Positions 1 through 7,070 of a stretch of DNA of 25,512 bases are shown here, piece by piece. The notes under the pieces are model-generated. The model did not search any database. It worked only from the letters and a program-made list of their open reading frames with translations, and was not told where the DNA came from. The position numbers and the translations under genes were made by a program. How positions within the stretch are numbered: the stretch's first letter is position 1; the number at the start of each line of letters is the position of its first letter. Source of the DNA: a virus (Duplodnaviria; Heunggongvirae; Uroviricota; Caudoviricetes); IMG/VR virus record IMGVR_UViG_3300029461_000006; one strand, written 5' to 3'.

Positions 1-2
1 AT

Positions 3-152
3 CACTTCGTTATTGCACCGACAGAAGATGAGGCCCGCTCTCAGCTTCCTGACGCCCCATGTATTTTCTCTGCCCGTTTTTCCACTGATTCACGCAATTC
101 TCTCAGTTACTGGTGCCTCCCTGTTAACGCTTCTGCTCAGGAGGGACTATGA
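3..152 (+). CDS. icd: icd-like (interference with cell division) protein, 5' end cut by the window edge
   Basis: Homologous to the 3' part of the 73-aa ORF at 7120-7341; stop overlaps the ant ATG in an ATGA junction, as in the P1 ImmI operon. Confidence 0.4.
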   Translation, partial: HFVIAPTEDEARSQLPDAPCIFSARFSTDSRNSLSYWCLPVNASAQEGL

Positions 153-1267
153 GAACGTCATTAGTCACCCGTGAAGAGATGATCGAGGCAATTGAACAGC
201 ACACTGCCTGTATCAGTACCAGGGATATACCAGGCGTTATTGCCAACTACTTCATGATCACCAAACAACTTTACCGGAGAAAGGACAAGAACGCGGTTCA
301 CCGTATCCTGTTGTCTGATATCCGCGAATACCTGCTCGAACAGGGTCATCTGAATTACGCAACCGCCGCAGCCGAAGCACGCAAGGAGGCACACAGAATG
401 AAAGCAACTAACGTTAAATCAGAAAAAATTCATGCACCTTCAGTTCAAGAATCGGAGCTGGTGGTTGTTCAGAATCAGTCTGATGAAATTCCCGTTCTGG
501 AATGGCAGGGAGTGCGTGTAGTGACAACCGAGACTCTTGCTAGAGGGTATGGGACAGAAACAATCCGTATTCGCCAAAATCATCATGAGAACAAAGTACG
601 CTTTGTTGAAGGGAAGCACTTTTTCAAAGTTGAAGGAGAATCATTGCGCGAGTTGAAGCACAGAGTAGCTTTAAACTACTCTGTAAAAATTGCTCGCAAT
701 GTTCGCTCACTCACCCTCTGGACAGAACGCGGCGCAGCCCGCCACGCTAAAATGCTCGAAACCGATCAGGCATGGGCATTCTTTGAAAAACTGGAAGACA
801 GCTACTTCCGACAAAAAGAACAGCAACCGATCGCAATCCCCCAGACGCTTCCTGAAGCCCTACGCCTGGCTGCCGAACTGGCTGAACAAAAGCAACTTCT
901 GGAACAGAAAGCCCACCAGCTAAATCAGCAGCTGGTGGCCGCCGCTCCTAAAGTCGATTTTGCCGACCGGGTATCAGTAGCTAAAGGGATCCTGATTGGG
1001 AATTTTGCAAAGGTTGTTGGACTTAAACAAAACGCGCTGTTTGTCTGGTTACGGGAGAACGGCATCCTGATAGCGTCCGGTGGACGTAAAAATGTGCCGT
1101 TCCAGCAGTACATCAACGCGGGGTATTTCACGGNNNNNNNNNNNNNNNNNNNNNNNNNNNNNNNCTACCAGATACGGTTGACGCCTCAATTAACGGGTAA
1201 AGGCCAGCAGTGGTTGACGCGTAAACTGCTCGATGCTGGCTTGTTAAAACCGGTGGCGGCTGAATAA
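149..1267 (+). CDS. ant1: Phage antirepressor (Ant-like, KilAC-type C-terminal domain), copy A; contains a 31-nt N mask
   Basis: 372-aa ORF with an AGGAGGG RBS; C-terminal region (…VAKGILIGNFAKVVGLKQNALF…GGRKNVPFQQYINAGYF) is typical of phage antirepressor KilAC domains; in-frame internal Met (MKATN) could give a shorter Ant2-like product; paralogous to 7338-8453. Confidence 0.7.
   Translation: MRTSLVTREEMIEAIEQHTACISTRDIPGVIANYFMITKQLYRRKDKNAVHRILLSDIREYLLEQGHLNYATAAAEARKEAHRMKATNVKSEKIHAPSVQESELVVVQNQSDEIPVLEWQGVRVVTTETLARGYGTETIRIRQNHHENKVRFVEGKHFFKVEGESLRELKHRVALNYSVKIARNVRSLTLWTERGAARHAKMLETDQAWAFFEKLEDSYFRQKEQQPIAIPQTLPEALRLAAELAEQKQLLEQKAHQLNQQLVAAAPKVDFADRVSVAKGILIGNFAKVVGLKQNALFVWLRENGILIASGGRKNVPFQQYINAGYFTXXXXXXXXXXXYQIRLTPQLTGKGQQWLTRKLLDAGLLKPVAAE
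1134..1164. other. Run of 31 N (masked or unresolved bases) inside ant copy A
   Basis: Literal n characters; the run is exactly the length of the corresponding segment in copy B (8323-8353), so it preserves the reading frame. Confidence 1.
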
Positions 1268-1274
1268 TAGAAGA

Positions 1275-1296
1275 ATGCCCGGTTGATGCCGGGCAT
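1275..1296. terminator. Hairpin (ATGCCCGG-loop-CCGGGCAT) between the convergent ant and c1 genes; candidate bidirectional terminator
   Basis: Perfect 8-bp inverted repeat with a 6-nt loop, lying between the ant stop (1267) and c1 stop (1300), followed by A/T-rich sequence. Confidence 0.4.
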
Positions 1297-1299
1297 AAT

Positions 1300-2151
1300 T
1301 TATTGCGCGCTTTCGGGGTTGTCGTTTACTGGCTGCCCCTTCTTGGTTTTACGGCTGCGCGTAACTGATGCGGCTGACTTAACCTTTTTCTCTTCGCGAG
1401 TGATGGCAATTTGTTTTTTTACATTTTCAATATCTGCCAGGCGATATATTTTTGCTTGCGGCCAGCGGTCGCAGATGATCGGTTCTATGGAGTCATAAAG
1501 GCTAAATTTTGCTTTTTCGAATTCACCGTTGATGATAATTCCATCACGGAGAGTTTCATCGCAGATAAACACGCCACACAGTGGCACATGGTAACTAACT
1601 GATTTACCATCATTGTAGTTAGGGCTACTGGAAATGTAGTGGACGCGCAGCATTGTTTCGCTAAAGCCGTGTACGCGCATACGGAATTTTTCATCCTCCG
1701 GGTACTGCTTCATTAGCTCTTTTGTTGCTTCCAGGTTCTCTATGTATTTCGCACTGTGCTCATTGATCCCCGCGCTTTTTTGGATGCGAATGTCCTTATC
1801 AATCAGATGAATAATGCGGCCAGCGGTCATGTTGACGCTGTTCACAGCTTCTGTCTGATAAGTTGTAACCTTACGCACACCGCGAAGGATGTTAGGCACT
1901 GGATATAAAATAGTCTTTGGGATATTGAGGTCTGGATACTGTTCCAGTTCCCGCGCCATTAAAGTCCATTTATCAATTTCAGCCTGAATGCTGTCCGTTT
2001 CTTTGAACGGCAGAACGACAACCGGGCGAACAGGACGACCGTCGCTGGCGGCATCAACGTGTTGGGCGCGTGCAACAGCTTTTTTTAGAAAGAGATCCCT
2101 GAAGCTGACGAACTCCTGGTACAGTTGTTCGCCGTAGACATAATTTATCAT
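1300..2151 (-). CDS. c1: C1 repressor of lysis (primary immunity repressor, ImmC)
   Basis: 283-aa ORF recognised as the P1 C1 repressor (MINYVYGEQLYQEF…); strong GGAGGAGG RBS; followed upstream by coi and 17-bp C1 operators. Confidence 0.92.
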   Translation of the reverse strand: MINYVYGEQLYQEFVSFRDLFLKKAVARAQHVDAASDGRPVRPVVVLPFKETDSIQAEIDKWTLMARELEQYPDLNIPKTILYPVPNILRGVRKVTTYQTEAVNSVNMTAGRIIHLIDKDIRIQKSAGINEHSAKYIENLEATKELMKQYPEDEKFRMRVHGFSETMLRVHYISSSPNYNDGKSVSYHVPLCGVFICDETLRDGIIINGEFEKAKFSLYDSIEPIICDRWPQAKIYRLADIENVKKQIAITREEKKVKSAASVTRSRKTKKGQPVNDNPESAQ

Positions 2152-2261
2152 TGATCCTCCTCCAGAATTGACATGGCCAACAACTCACAGCGGATTACAC
2201 TGGGAGTTGTTGGCCACCATTATAGAAGGATCCAACGAAAATAATAGATTTATTAGTGCAT

Positions 2262-2471
2262 TTATTGTGAGTCTGGCTGGTTAGTGGCCATGAGATATTC
2301 GATTGTGTCAGTGAGATCATCCAGGTCGTCTTGGGTGATGCGGTACTCCTGATTGGATATCTTTGAGTAGTGTTCAGCAATGGCGCGGGCAGCGTCGGTT
2401 TCGGCGGGGTCTACAGATAAAGCGTTAGAGCAATGTCTAACGTCGTCGATGGTTGGTGGAATGAAAGCCAT
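2262..2471 (-). CDS. coi: Coi, C1 inactivator
   Basis: 69-aa ORF directly upstream of c1 on the same strand, matching the P1 coi-c1 operon layout and size. Confidence 0.7.
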   Translation of the reverse strand: MAFIPPTIDDVRHCSNALSVDPAETDAARAIAEHYSKISNQEYRITQDDLDDLTDTIEYLMATNQPDSQ

Positions 2472-2709
2472 AATTATGCCTCACTGTATTGACAACACAG
2501 AGCCTGAAGCTCTGACCTACTGTTTCACCCATGATCCATGCTGGGGTAATCTAACAACATTGCGCTGTGTGTAAGATGAGCAATGCATAGCTGTAATGCC
2601 GTTGTATAAGGTTTCCCTGTTTGCTCATTTCCTTCTGAGCCGCTCTACAACGCTGAAGACACATTAAATAGTGAATCCAAAGTCGTATTACGAAACGGCG
2701 GCAAAACTA

Positions 2710-2726
2710 TAATTTATTAGAGCAAT
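2710..2726 (-). promoter_or_regulatory. C1 operator (Op99-type), minus strand
   Basis: Reverse complement reads ATTGCTCTAATAAATTA, 16/17 to the P1 C1 operator consensus ATTGCTCTAATAAATTT. Confidence 0.75.
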
Positions 2727-2792
2727 TGTCAAACAACTATGAAAAACAATCCAGTTTTTGGCTGGTGGAGTGGGATTTTTCTCTCAAAATTT

Positions 2793-2809
2793 ATTGCTCT
2801 AATAATTCT
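2793..2809 (+). promoter_or_regulatory. C1 operator (Op99-type), plus strand
   Basis: ATTGCTCTAATAATTCT, conserved ATTGCTCTAAT core; pairs with the operator at 2710-2726 upstream of coi-c1. Confidence 0.7.
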
Positions 2810-2852
2810 TGATTTTTATGCGCAGCTGGACGTAAACTCCTCTTCGGACCTA

Positions 2853-2886
2853 ATAACTTCGTATAGCATACATTATACGAAGTTAT
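2853..2886. other. loxP: loxP site-specific recombination site (34 bp)
   Basis: Exact ATAACTTCGTATA-GCATACAT-TATACGAAGTTAT: two 13-bp inverted arms around the 8-bp asymmetric spacer, about 420 bp upstream of cre. Confidence 0.97.
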
Positions 2887-2905
2887 ATTAAGGGTTATTG
2901 AATAT

Positions 2906-2978
2906 GATCAATTTACCTGTAAATCCATACAGTTCAATACCTTAGCAGGTCAAATAGTGATCACTTGATCATTTGATC
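2906..2978. promoter_or_regulatory. GATC (Dam site) cluster in the cra/cre upstream region
   Basis: Four GATC sites, three of them within 21 bp (2958-2978); consistent with the Dam-sensitive cre promoter described for P1. Confidence 0.45.
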
Positions 2979-2984
2979 AAGGTT

Positions 2985-3043
2985 GCGCTACGTAAAATCT
3001 GTGAAAAATTGGCGGTGTTAGTCCTACAGATTTCGCGTAGCGC
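2985..3043. repeat. Imperfect 18-bp inverted repeat (16/18) with a 23-nt spacer upstream of cra
   Basis: GCGCTACGTAAAATCTGT … ACAGATTTCGCGTAGCGC, read directly from the sequence. Confidence 0.6.
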
Positions 3044-3075
3044 ACTTAGCACCACCAATCAATCAGAGGTGAAAA

Positions 3076-3297
3076 ATGGGATATTCAACTGCTAAAGTGT
3101 CCACTCATCTTGAGCTTGAGAAAAACCGTGGTTACTGGCGGGCAAAAGGGTTTGATCGTGATAGTTGCCAACTGTCATTATCGCGCGGTGAAGAGAAAAT
3201 AGAACGCACGCGCGGTCGCTGGCGTTTCTATGACGAGAACCATAAACAGGTAAAGGCAGAGCCGATCCTGTACACTTTACTTAAAACCATTATCTGA
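3076..3297 (+). CDS. cra: Cra (cre-associated) small protein
   Basis: 73-aa ORF between loxP and cre, ending 8 nt before the cre ATG; matches the P1 position and size. Confidence 0.55.
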   Translation: MGYSTAKVSTHLELEKNRGYWRAKGFDRDSCQLSLSRGEEKIERTRGRWRFYDENHKQVKAEPILYTLLKTII

Positions 3298-3304
3298 GTG
3301 TTAA

Positions 3305-4336
3305 ATGTCCAATTTACTGACCGTACACCAAAATTTGCCTGCATTGCCGGTCGATGCAACGAGTGATGAGGTTCGCAAGAACCTGATGGATATGTTCAGG
3401 GATCGCCAGGCGTTTTCTGAGCATACCTGGAAAATGCTTCTGTCCGTTTGTCGGTCATGGGCGGCATGGTGCAAGTTGAATAACCGGAAGTGGTTTCCCG
3501 CAGAACCTGAAGATGTTCGCGATTATCTTCTATATCTTCAGGCGCGCGGTCTGGCAGTGAAAACTATCCAGCAACATTTGGGCCAGCTAAATATGCTTCA
3601 TCGTCGGTCCGGTCTGCCACGACCAAGTGACAGCAATGCTGTTTCACTGGTCATGCGACGGATCCGAAAAGAAAACGTTGATGCCGGTGAGCGTGCAAAA
3701 CAGGCGCTGGCGTTCGAACGCACTGATTTCGACCAGGTTCGTTCACTCATAGAAAATAGCGATCGCTGCCAGGATATACGTAATCTGGCATTTCTGGGGA
3801 TTGCTTATAACACCCTGTTACGTATAGCCGAAATTGCCAGGATCAGGGTCAAAGATATCTCACGTACTGACGGTGGGAGAATGTTAATCCATATTGGCAG
3901 AACGAAAACGCTGGTTAGCACCGCAGGTGTAGAGAAGGCACTTAGCCTGGGGGTAACTAAACTGGTCGAGCGATGGATTTCTGTCTCTGGTGTAGCTGAT
4001 GATCCGAATAACTACCTGTTTTGCCGCGTCAGAAAAAATGGTGTTGCCTCGCCATCATCCACCAGCCAGCTATCAACTCGCGCCCTGGAAGGGATTTTTG
4101 AAGCAACTCACCGATTGATTTACGGAGCTAAGGATGACTCTGGCCAGAGGTACCTGGCCTGGTCTGGACACAGTGCCCGTGTCGGTGCCGCGCGAGATAT
4201 GGCCCGCGCCGGAGTTTCAATACCGGAGATCATGCAAGCTGGTGGCTGGACCAACGTAAATATTGTCATGAACTACATTCGTAACCTGGATAGTGAAACG
4301 GGGGCAATGGTGCGCCTGCTGGAAGATGGCGATTAG
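3305..4336 (+). CDS. cre: Cre tyrosine site-specific recombinase
   Basis: 343-aa ORF recognised as Cre (MSNLLTVHQNLPALPVDATSDEVRKNLMDMFRDRQAFSEHTWKMLLSVCRSWAAWCKLNNRKWFPAEPEDVRDYLLYLQARGLAVKTIQQHLGQLNMLHRRSGLPRPSDSNAVSLVMRRIRKEN…); adjacent loxP. Confidence 0.98.
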   Translation: MSNLLTVHQNLPALPVDATSDEVRKNLMDMFRDRQAFSEHTWKMLLSVCRSWAAWCKLNNRKWFPAEPEDVRDYLLYLQARGLAVKTIQQHLGQLNMLHRRSGLPRPSDSNAVSLVMRRIRKENVDAGERAKQALAFERTDFDQVRSLIENSDRCQDIRNLAFLGIAYNTLLRIAEIARIRVKDISRTDGGRMLIHIGRTKTLVSTAGVEKALSLGVTKLVERWISVSGVADDPNNYLFCRVRKNGVASPSSTSQLSTRALEGIFEATHRLIYGAKDDSGQRYLAWSGHSARVGAARDMARAGVSIPEIMQAGGWTNVNIVMNYIRNLDSETGAMVRLLEDGD

Positions 4337-4353
4337 CCGTTCATTTGCGCCCG

Positions 4354-4370
4354 ATTGCTCTAATTATTTG
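4354..4370 (+). promoter_or_regulatory. C1 operator immediately downstream of cre
   Basis: ATTGCTCTAATTATTTG, conserved operator core; 17 nt upstream of the ORF at 4387. Confidence 0.7.
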
Positions 4371-4386
4371 ATATTTATGGTGACAT

Positions 4387-4698
4387 ATGCGGAAGGATTT
4401 CAAAATAGACGGAAAATATGTGGTGCTGTCTGTAAGCTCTCAAATTCAGTCACCATCTGTCATTGTCACCGTAAAGTTGAGCGATAGGATGCCTGATATC
4501 GACTCGATATCTGTTGCGTTCCCCGTTAAAAGCATGCGGAGTGCTGAACATTTTGTGCTGAATGCAACGGAGGAGGAAGCGCGGCGCGGGCTTACTAGAG
4601 TGATGGCGGAATTTGGCGAACTCCTGGGTAAGGTAAACAATTCCCTTTCAATCAGTTCAGCAAGATCCAAAGCGTTAACAGCTTCCTTGATGAAATAA
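4387..4698 (+). CDS. Hypothetical 103-aa protein in the position of P1 c8
   Basis: ORF between cre and ref preceded by a C1 operator; no motif I recognise. Assignment to c8 is positional only. Confidence 0.35.
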   Translation: MRKDFKIDGKYVVLSVSSQIQSPSVIVTVKLSDRMPDIDSISVAFPVKSMRSAEHFVLNATEEEARRGLTRVMAEFGELLGKVNNSLSISSARSKALTASLMK

Positions 4699-4828
4699 AA
4701 AAGCCTGGCAAGGAGCCAGGCTACACAAAAGAGCGGGTTTGTATTCCGCATCCAATCAATCAAGAAGGAGTATAGCACACAGGTACTGAAGTGAAAAAAT
4801 GTGATTCGCGATAAACAAAATATCTACC

Positions 4829-4858
4829 ATTGCTCTAATTGATTGCTATAATTGAGCC
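4829..4858 (+). promoter_or_regulatory. Tandem overlapping C1 operators with an embedded TATAAT (ref promoter region)
   Basis: ATTGCTCTAATTGATTG (4829-4845) overlapping ATTGCTATAATTGAGCC (4842-4858); TATAAT at 4847-4852. ref is known to be C1-controlled in P1. Confidence 0.7.
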
Positions 4859-4912
4859 GCAGTTTTTGTCAACTACGAAGACGTTGCCATTACTTAACTC
4901 CTTGACATCATT

Positions 4913-4938
4913 GGCGGCCATCAGGCCGCCTTTTTTTT
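4913..4938 (+). terminator. Intrinsic-terminator-like hairpin with a T8 tract, ending 5 nt before the ref ATG
   Basis: GGCGGCC-ATCA-GGCCGCC followed by TTTTTTTT. Confidence 0.6.
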
Positions 4939-4943
4939 GCCAT

Positions 4944-5504
4944 ATGAAAACAATCGAACAAAAAATTGAACAGCACCGTAAGTGGCAGAAGGCAGCCAGA
5001 GAACGAGCGATCGCTCGGCAACGGGAGAAGTTGGCTGATCCGGCCTGGCGAGAATCTCAATATCAGAAAATGCGGAATACTATCGACCGCCGTATCGCTA
5101 AACAGAAAGAGCGCCCACCAGCCAGCAAAACGCGGAAAAGCGCGGTAAAGATAAAATCTCGTGGCTTGAAGGGGCGAACACCGACAGCGGAGGAACGGAG
5201 CATCACCAATGCTCTTGGCGCTCTCCCCTGCATTGCCTGCTACATGCATGGAGTAATATCTGAAGAGGTATCTCTGCACCATATCTCCGGTCGTACCGCG
5301 CCGGGTTGTCACAAAAAGCAATTGCCCCTTTGTAGATGGCACCACCAGCATGCAGCACCGGCTGAAGTAAGAGAAAAATTCCCCTGGCTGGTCCCTGTTC
5401 ATGCTGATGGTGTGGTTGGAGGCAAGAAAGAATTCACCTTGCTGAACAAGTCAGAGATGGAGTTGCTGGCTGACGCCTATGAAATGGCAAACATCATGCA
5501 CTAA
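4944..5504 (+). CDS. ref: Ref recombination-enhancement protein (HNH-family nuclease)
   Basis: 186-aa product starting MKTIEQKIEQHRKWQ…; Cys/His-rich HNH-like segment (CIACYMHG…HHISGR…CHKKQLPLCRWHHQH). The longer 221-aa ORF in the track starts at a TTG inside the operator and is unlikely. Confidence 0.88.
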   Translation: MKTIEQKIEQHRKWQKAARERAIARQREKLADPAWRESQYQKMRNTIDRRIAKQKERPPASKTRKSAVKIKSRGLKGRTPTAEERSITNALGALPCIACYMHGVISEEVSLHHISGRTAPGCHKKQLPLCRWHHQHAAPAEVREKFPWLVPVHADGVVGGKKEFTLLNKSEMELLADAYEMANIMH

Positions 5505-5542
5505 TAAATATATTATTTTTAATCTTAAATGATTGACAACTG

Positions 5543-5552
5543 ACAAGTGACT
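5543..5552 (+). promoter_or_regulatory. ACAAGTGACT motif upstream of mat (candidate late-promoter box)
   Basis: The same core recurs upstream of prt/darB (21128-21148) and, reverse-complemented, upstream of lyz (24864-24873). Confidence 0.3.
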
Positions 5553-5570
5553 TGAGTCAGAATCATCACA

Positions 5571-5633
5571 CGCCCGGTACGGATGGATCCCTTTTCAAAT
5601 ATTCCATGGACGGCACAGTCTGAGTACCGGGCG
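5571..5633. repeat. Perfect 10-bp inverted repeat (CGCCCGGTAC … GTACCGGGCG) with a 43-nt spacer in the mat leader
   Basis: Read directly from the sequence. Confidence 0.6.
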
Positions 5634-5655
5634 CTACCTTCAGTTGTATTGCTAA

Positions 5656-5680
5656 GCCGCCGCTGGTGGCTTTTCTTTTT
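5656..5680 (+). terminator. Hairpin plus T-rich tract 14 nt upstream of the mat ATG (terminator or attenuator candidate)
   Basis: GCCGCC-GCT-GGTGGC (one G-U pair) followed by TTTTCTTTTT. Confidence 0.35.
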
Positions 5681-5693
5681 TATAGGGGGCGCT

Positions 5694-6335
5694 ATGGATA
5701 AGAAAATATGCGTTGTTTCGATGAGCGTCGGTAAACCGGCGTCAATGACTGCTGCATGGATCAACAACGAGTTGATAATGGCTGAGCGGACCAGCTACCC
5801 TGAACGCCGCCGCGATATGGAACTCCAGCTGCTGCGCGAATTGCGAGAAAAAGAGGAAAAGGGTTTTATCGTGCTGGTGGAAGAGGAAAACAGCTTTATT
5901 ACGGGTCGAGTTGGCCAGCGTGTAAGGTTGCGCGATCCCTTCATGAACGGCAGGCCGGTACTAATTGAAGCAATGCAGATTTACAAGGAGCTGGAACGCC
6001 AGAAAGCAATCAAGTTACCGCGCAAGGAATCCGGCAAATACATCCTCCACCAAAGCATCTTCGATTCCGAACACGATAAAAAAGGCGATGAATTTTTCAA
6101 CATCAACTGGAGCGAAATAACGACAGAGCATGTTCTGACGTTACTATGTTGCTTTGCGACGGAATACAACAACGTTGCAAGCGCCGACTACATCAGGGCA
6201 ATGGCTGGAGAAGTTGAGGCACGCCAGGAACCATCGTTACTAAGCCCTCTGATTAACATAATTCGCGGCACACAGAGACTTGCGGAAAAAAGAGTTCCAC
6301 ACGGAATCTTAACTGGAAAGGGAAACTATTTTTAA
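5694..6335 (+). CDS. mat: Mat (maturation control) protein
   Basis: Product starting MDKKICVVSM… with a GGGGG RBS; sits after ref as in P1. The track ORF starts earlier (5583) at a weaker start. Confidence 0.75.
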   Translation: MDKKICVVSMSVGKPASMTAAWINNELIMAERTSYPERRRDMELQLLRELREKEEKGFIVLVEEENSFITGRVGQRVRLRDPFMNGRPVLIEAMQIYKELERQKAIKLPRKESGKYILHQSIFDSEHDKKGDEFFNINWSEITTEHVLTLLCCFATEYNNVASADYIRAMAGEVEARQEPSLLSPLINIIRGTQRLAEKRVPHGILTGKGNYF

Positions 6336-6368
6336 CATCCCCAAATCCTTTTGGGGAACAACTCATGC

Positions 6369-6680
6369 TTACAATTTCTGCCCCATACATTTTCTCCAGG
6401 CACTCCCCTCATTACCGTTGCCGAGGAAAGTAGAGGTTGCATATGGAATGCCTCTGATTTGTGTTGATGTGAATGGACCATCAGACGTCGAAGTTGTGCG
6501 CAGTTTTGATGTAAACTCGTAATTTCCACTGATGCCTTTCTCTGCCAGAGCTTTTGATTTTGTGATAACTAAATCTGCACATTTCTCTGCGGCTACATAT
6601 TGCGGGTCTTTTTCAGCTTTTCCGGCACATGCAGTTATCGTTAAAACAATAGCTGCGGCTAACAAATTACCTGGTTTCAT
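6369..6680 (-). CDS. Small predicted lipoprotein (103 aa), divergent from the ImmI-like operon
   Basis: N-terminal signal peptide with lipobox (MKPGNLLAAAIVLTITAC|AGK); AAGGT RBS; no recognisable catalytic motif. Confidence 0.6.
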   Translation of the reverse strand: MKPGNLLAAAIVLTITACAGKAEKDPQYVAAEKCADLVITKSKALAEKGISGNYEFTSKLRTTSTSDGPFTSTQIRGIPYATSTFLGNGNEGSAWRKCMGQKL

Positions 6681-6785
6681 CTGAATACCTTATTAAGTGC
6701 ATTAAAAACAGTAGGTTGCCAAGGTTTTAAACAAATTTCAATTCCCCATGACGCTCAACATGAGCAAAAATAACACACAAACATC

Positions 6786-6802
6786 ATTGCTCTAATTAAT
6801 TT
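6786..6802 (+). promoter_or_regulatory. C1 operator (Op51-like) at the head of the ImmI-like operon
   Basis: ATTGCTCTAATTAATTT, 16/17 to consensus; candidate sigma70 promoters follow (TTGATC 6844-6849 / TATAGT 6867-6872, 17-bp spacer). Confidence 0.7.
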
Positions 6803-6930
6803 GATTTTTTAGGTCAAATAAACTACCATTGCGCACTGCCCTATTGATCTCCTTACCGTTCAGGCTTATAGTTCCTACGTCGTAGCAAATTCTGCGACCG
6901 GGTTTAGCAGCCTGAATGTACATGCGGACA

Positions 6931-6960
6931 ACCGCAGATATCCGATATTGCGGTATTTTT
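6931..6960 (+). terminator. Hairpin plus T5 tract between the a1/b1 boxes and the c4 candidate (attenuator or terminator candidate)
   Basis: ACCGCAGATAT-CCG-ATATTGCGGT (one bulged G) followed by ATTTTT. Confidence 0.3.
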
Positions 6961-6990
6961 GTGTCCGTAAAACCACGTTACGCCCGAATT

Positions 6991-7070
6991 ATGGTGGGGC
7001 GTGATGGGGAGGCTTCGGCCTGCTGGTTTCATGTACGCCAGTCTGCTAACCCCGTCACGTCCTGCCACCC
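6991..7070 (+). ncRNA. c4: Candidate c4-type antisense RNA (secondary immunity repressor); boundaries approximate
   Basis: About 80-nt segment closed by GGTGG/CCACC; contains CATGTAC (7030-7036) and CTGCTAAC (7043-7050), complementary to the repeated TGTACATG and GTTTAGCAGC boxes at 6902-6924 and 7071-7108, the latter overlapping the icd RBS. Confidence 0.45.

Larger units (their letters stand above)
1..1294 (+). repeat. Copy A of a ~1.29-kb diverged direct repeat (icd 3' end + ant + terminator hairpin); partner at 7190-8480
   Basis: Window positions 1.. align collinearly with 7190.. (offset 7189) at high but imperfect identity; homology ends just after the hairpin following the ant stop codon. 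Confidence 0.9.

Noticed and set aside
161-1131. Minus-strand ORFs (161-394, 925-1131) and their counterparts in copy B (7350-7583, 7893-8081, 8111-8317)
   Set aside because: Antisense shadow ORFs within the ant genes; no RBS and no independent support.
2380-2574. Plus-strand 64-aa ORF overlapping coi
   Set aside because: Antisense to coi and running into the operator region; the tiny imcA/imcB-type ORFs expected between coi and loxP are below the ORF-track size cutoff and cannot be supported from the sequence alone.
4446-5402. Minus-strand ORFs 4446-4778 and 4908-5402
   Set aside because: Antisense to the c8-position ORF and to ref; no start context; likely spurious.
4839-5504. Longer 221-aa version of ref starting at 4839
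   Set aside because: It starts at a TTG inside the operator/promoter and reads through the terminator hairpin; the ATG at 4944 gives the 186-aa Ref.
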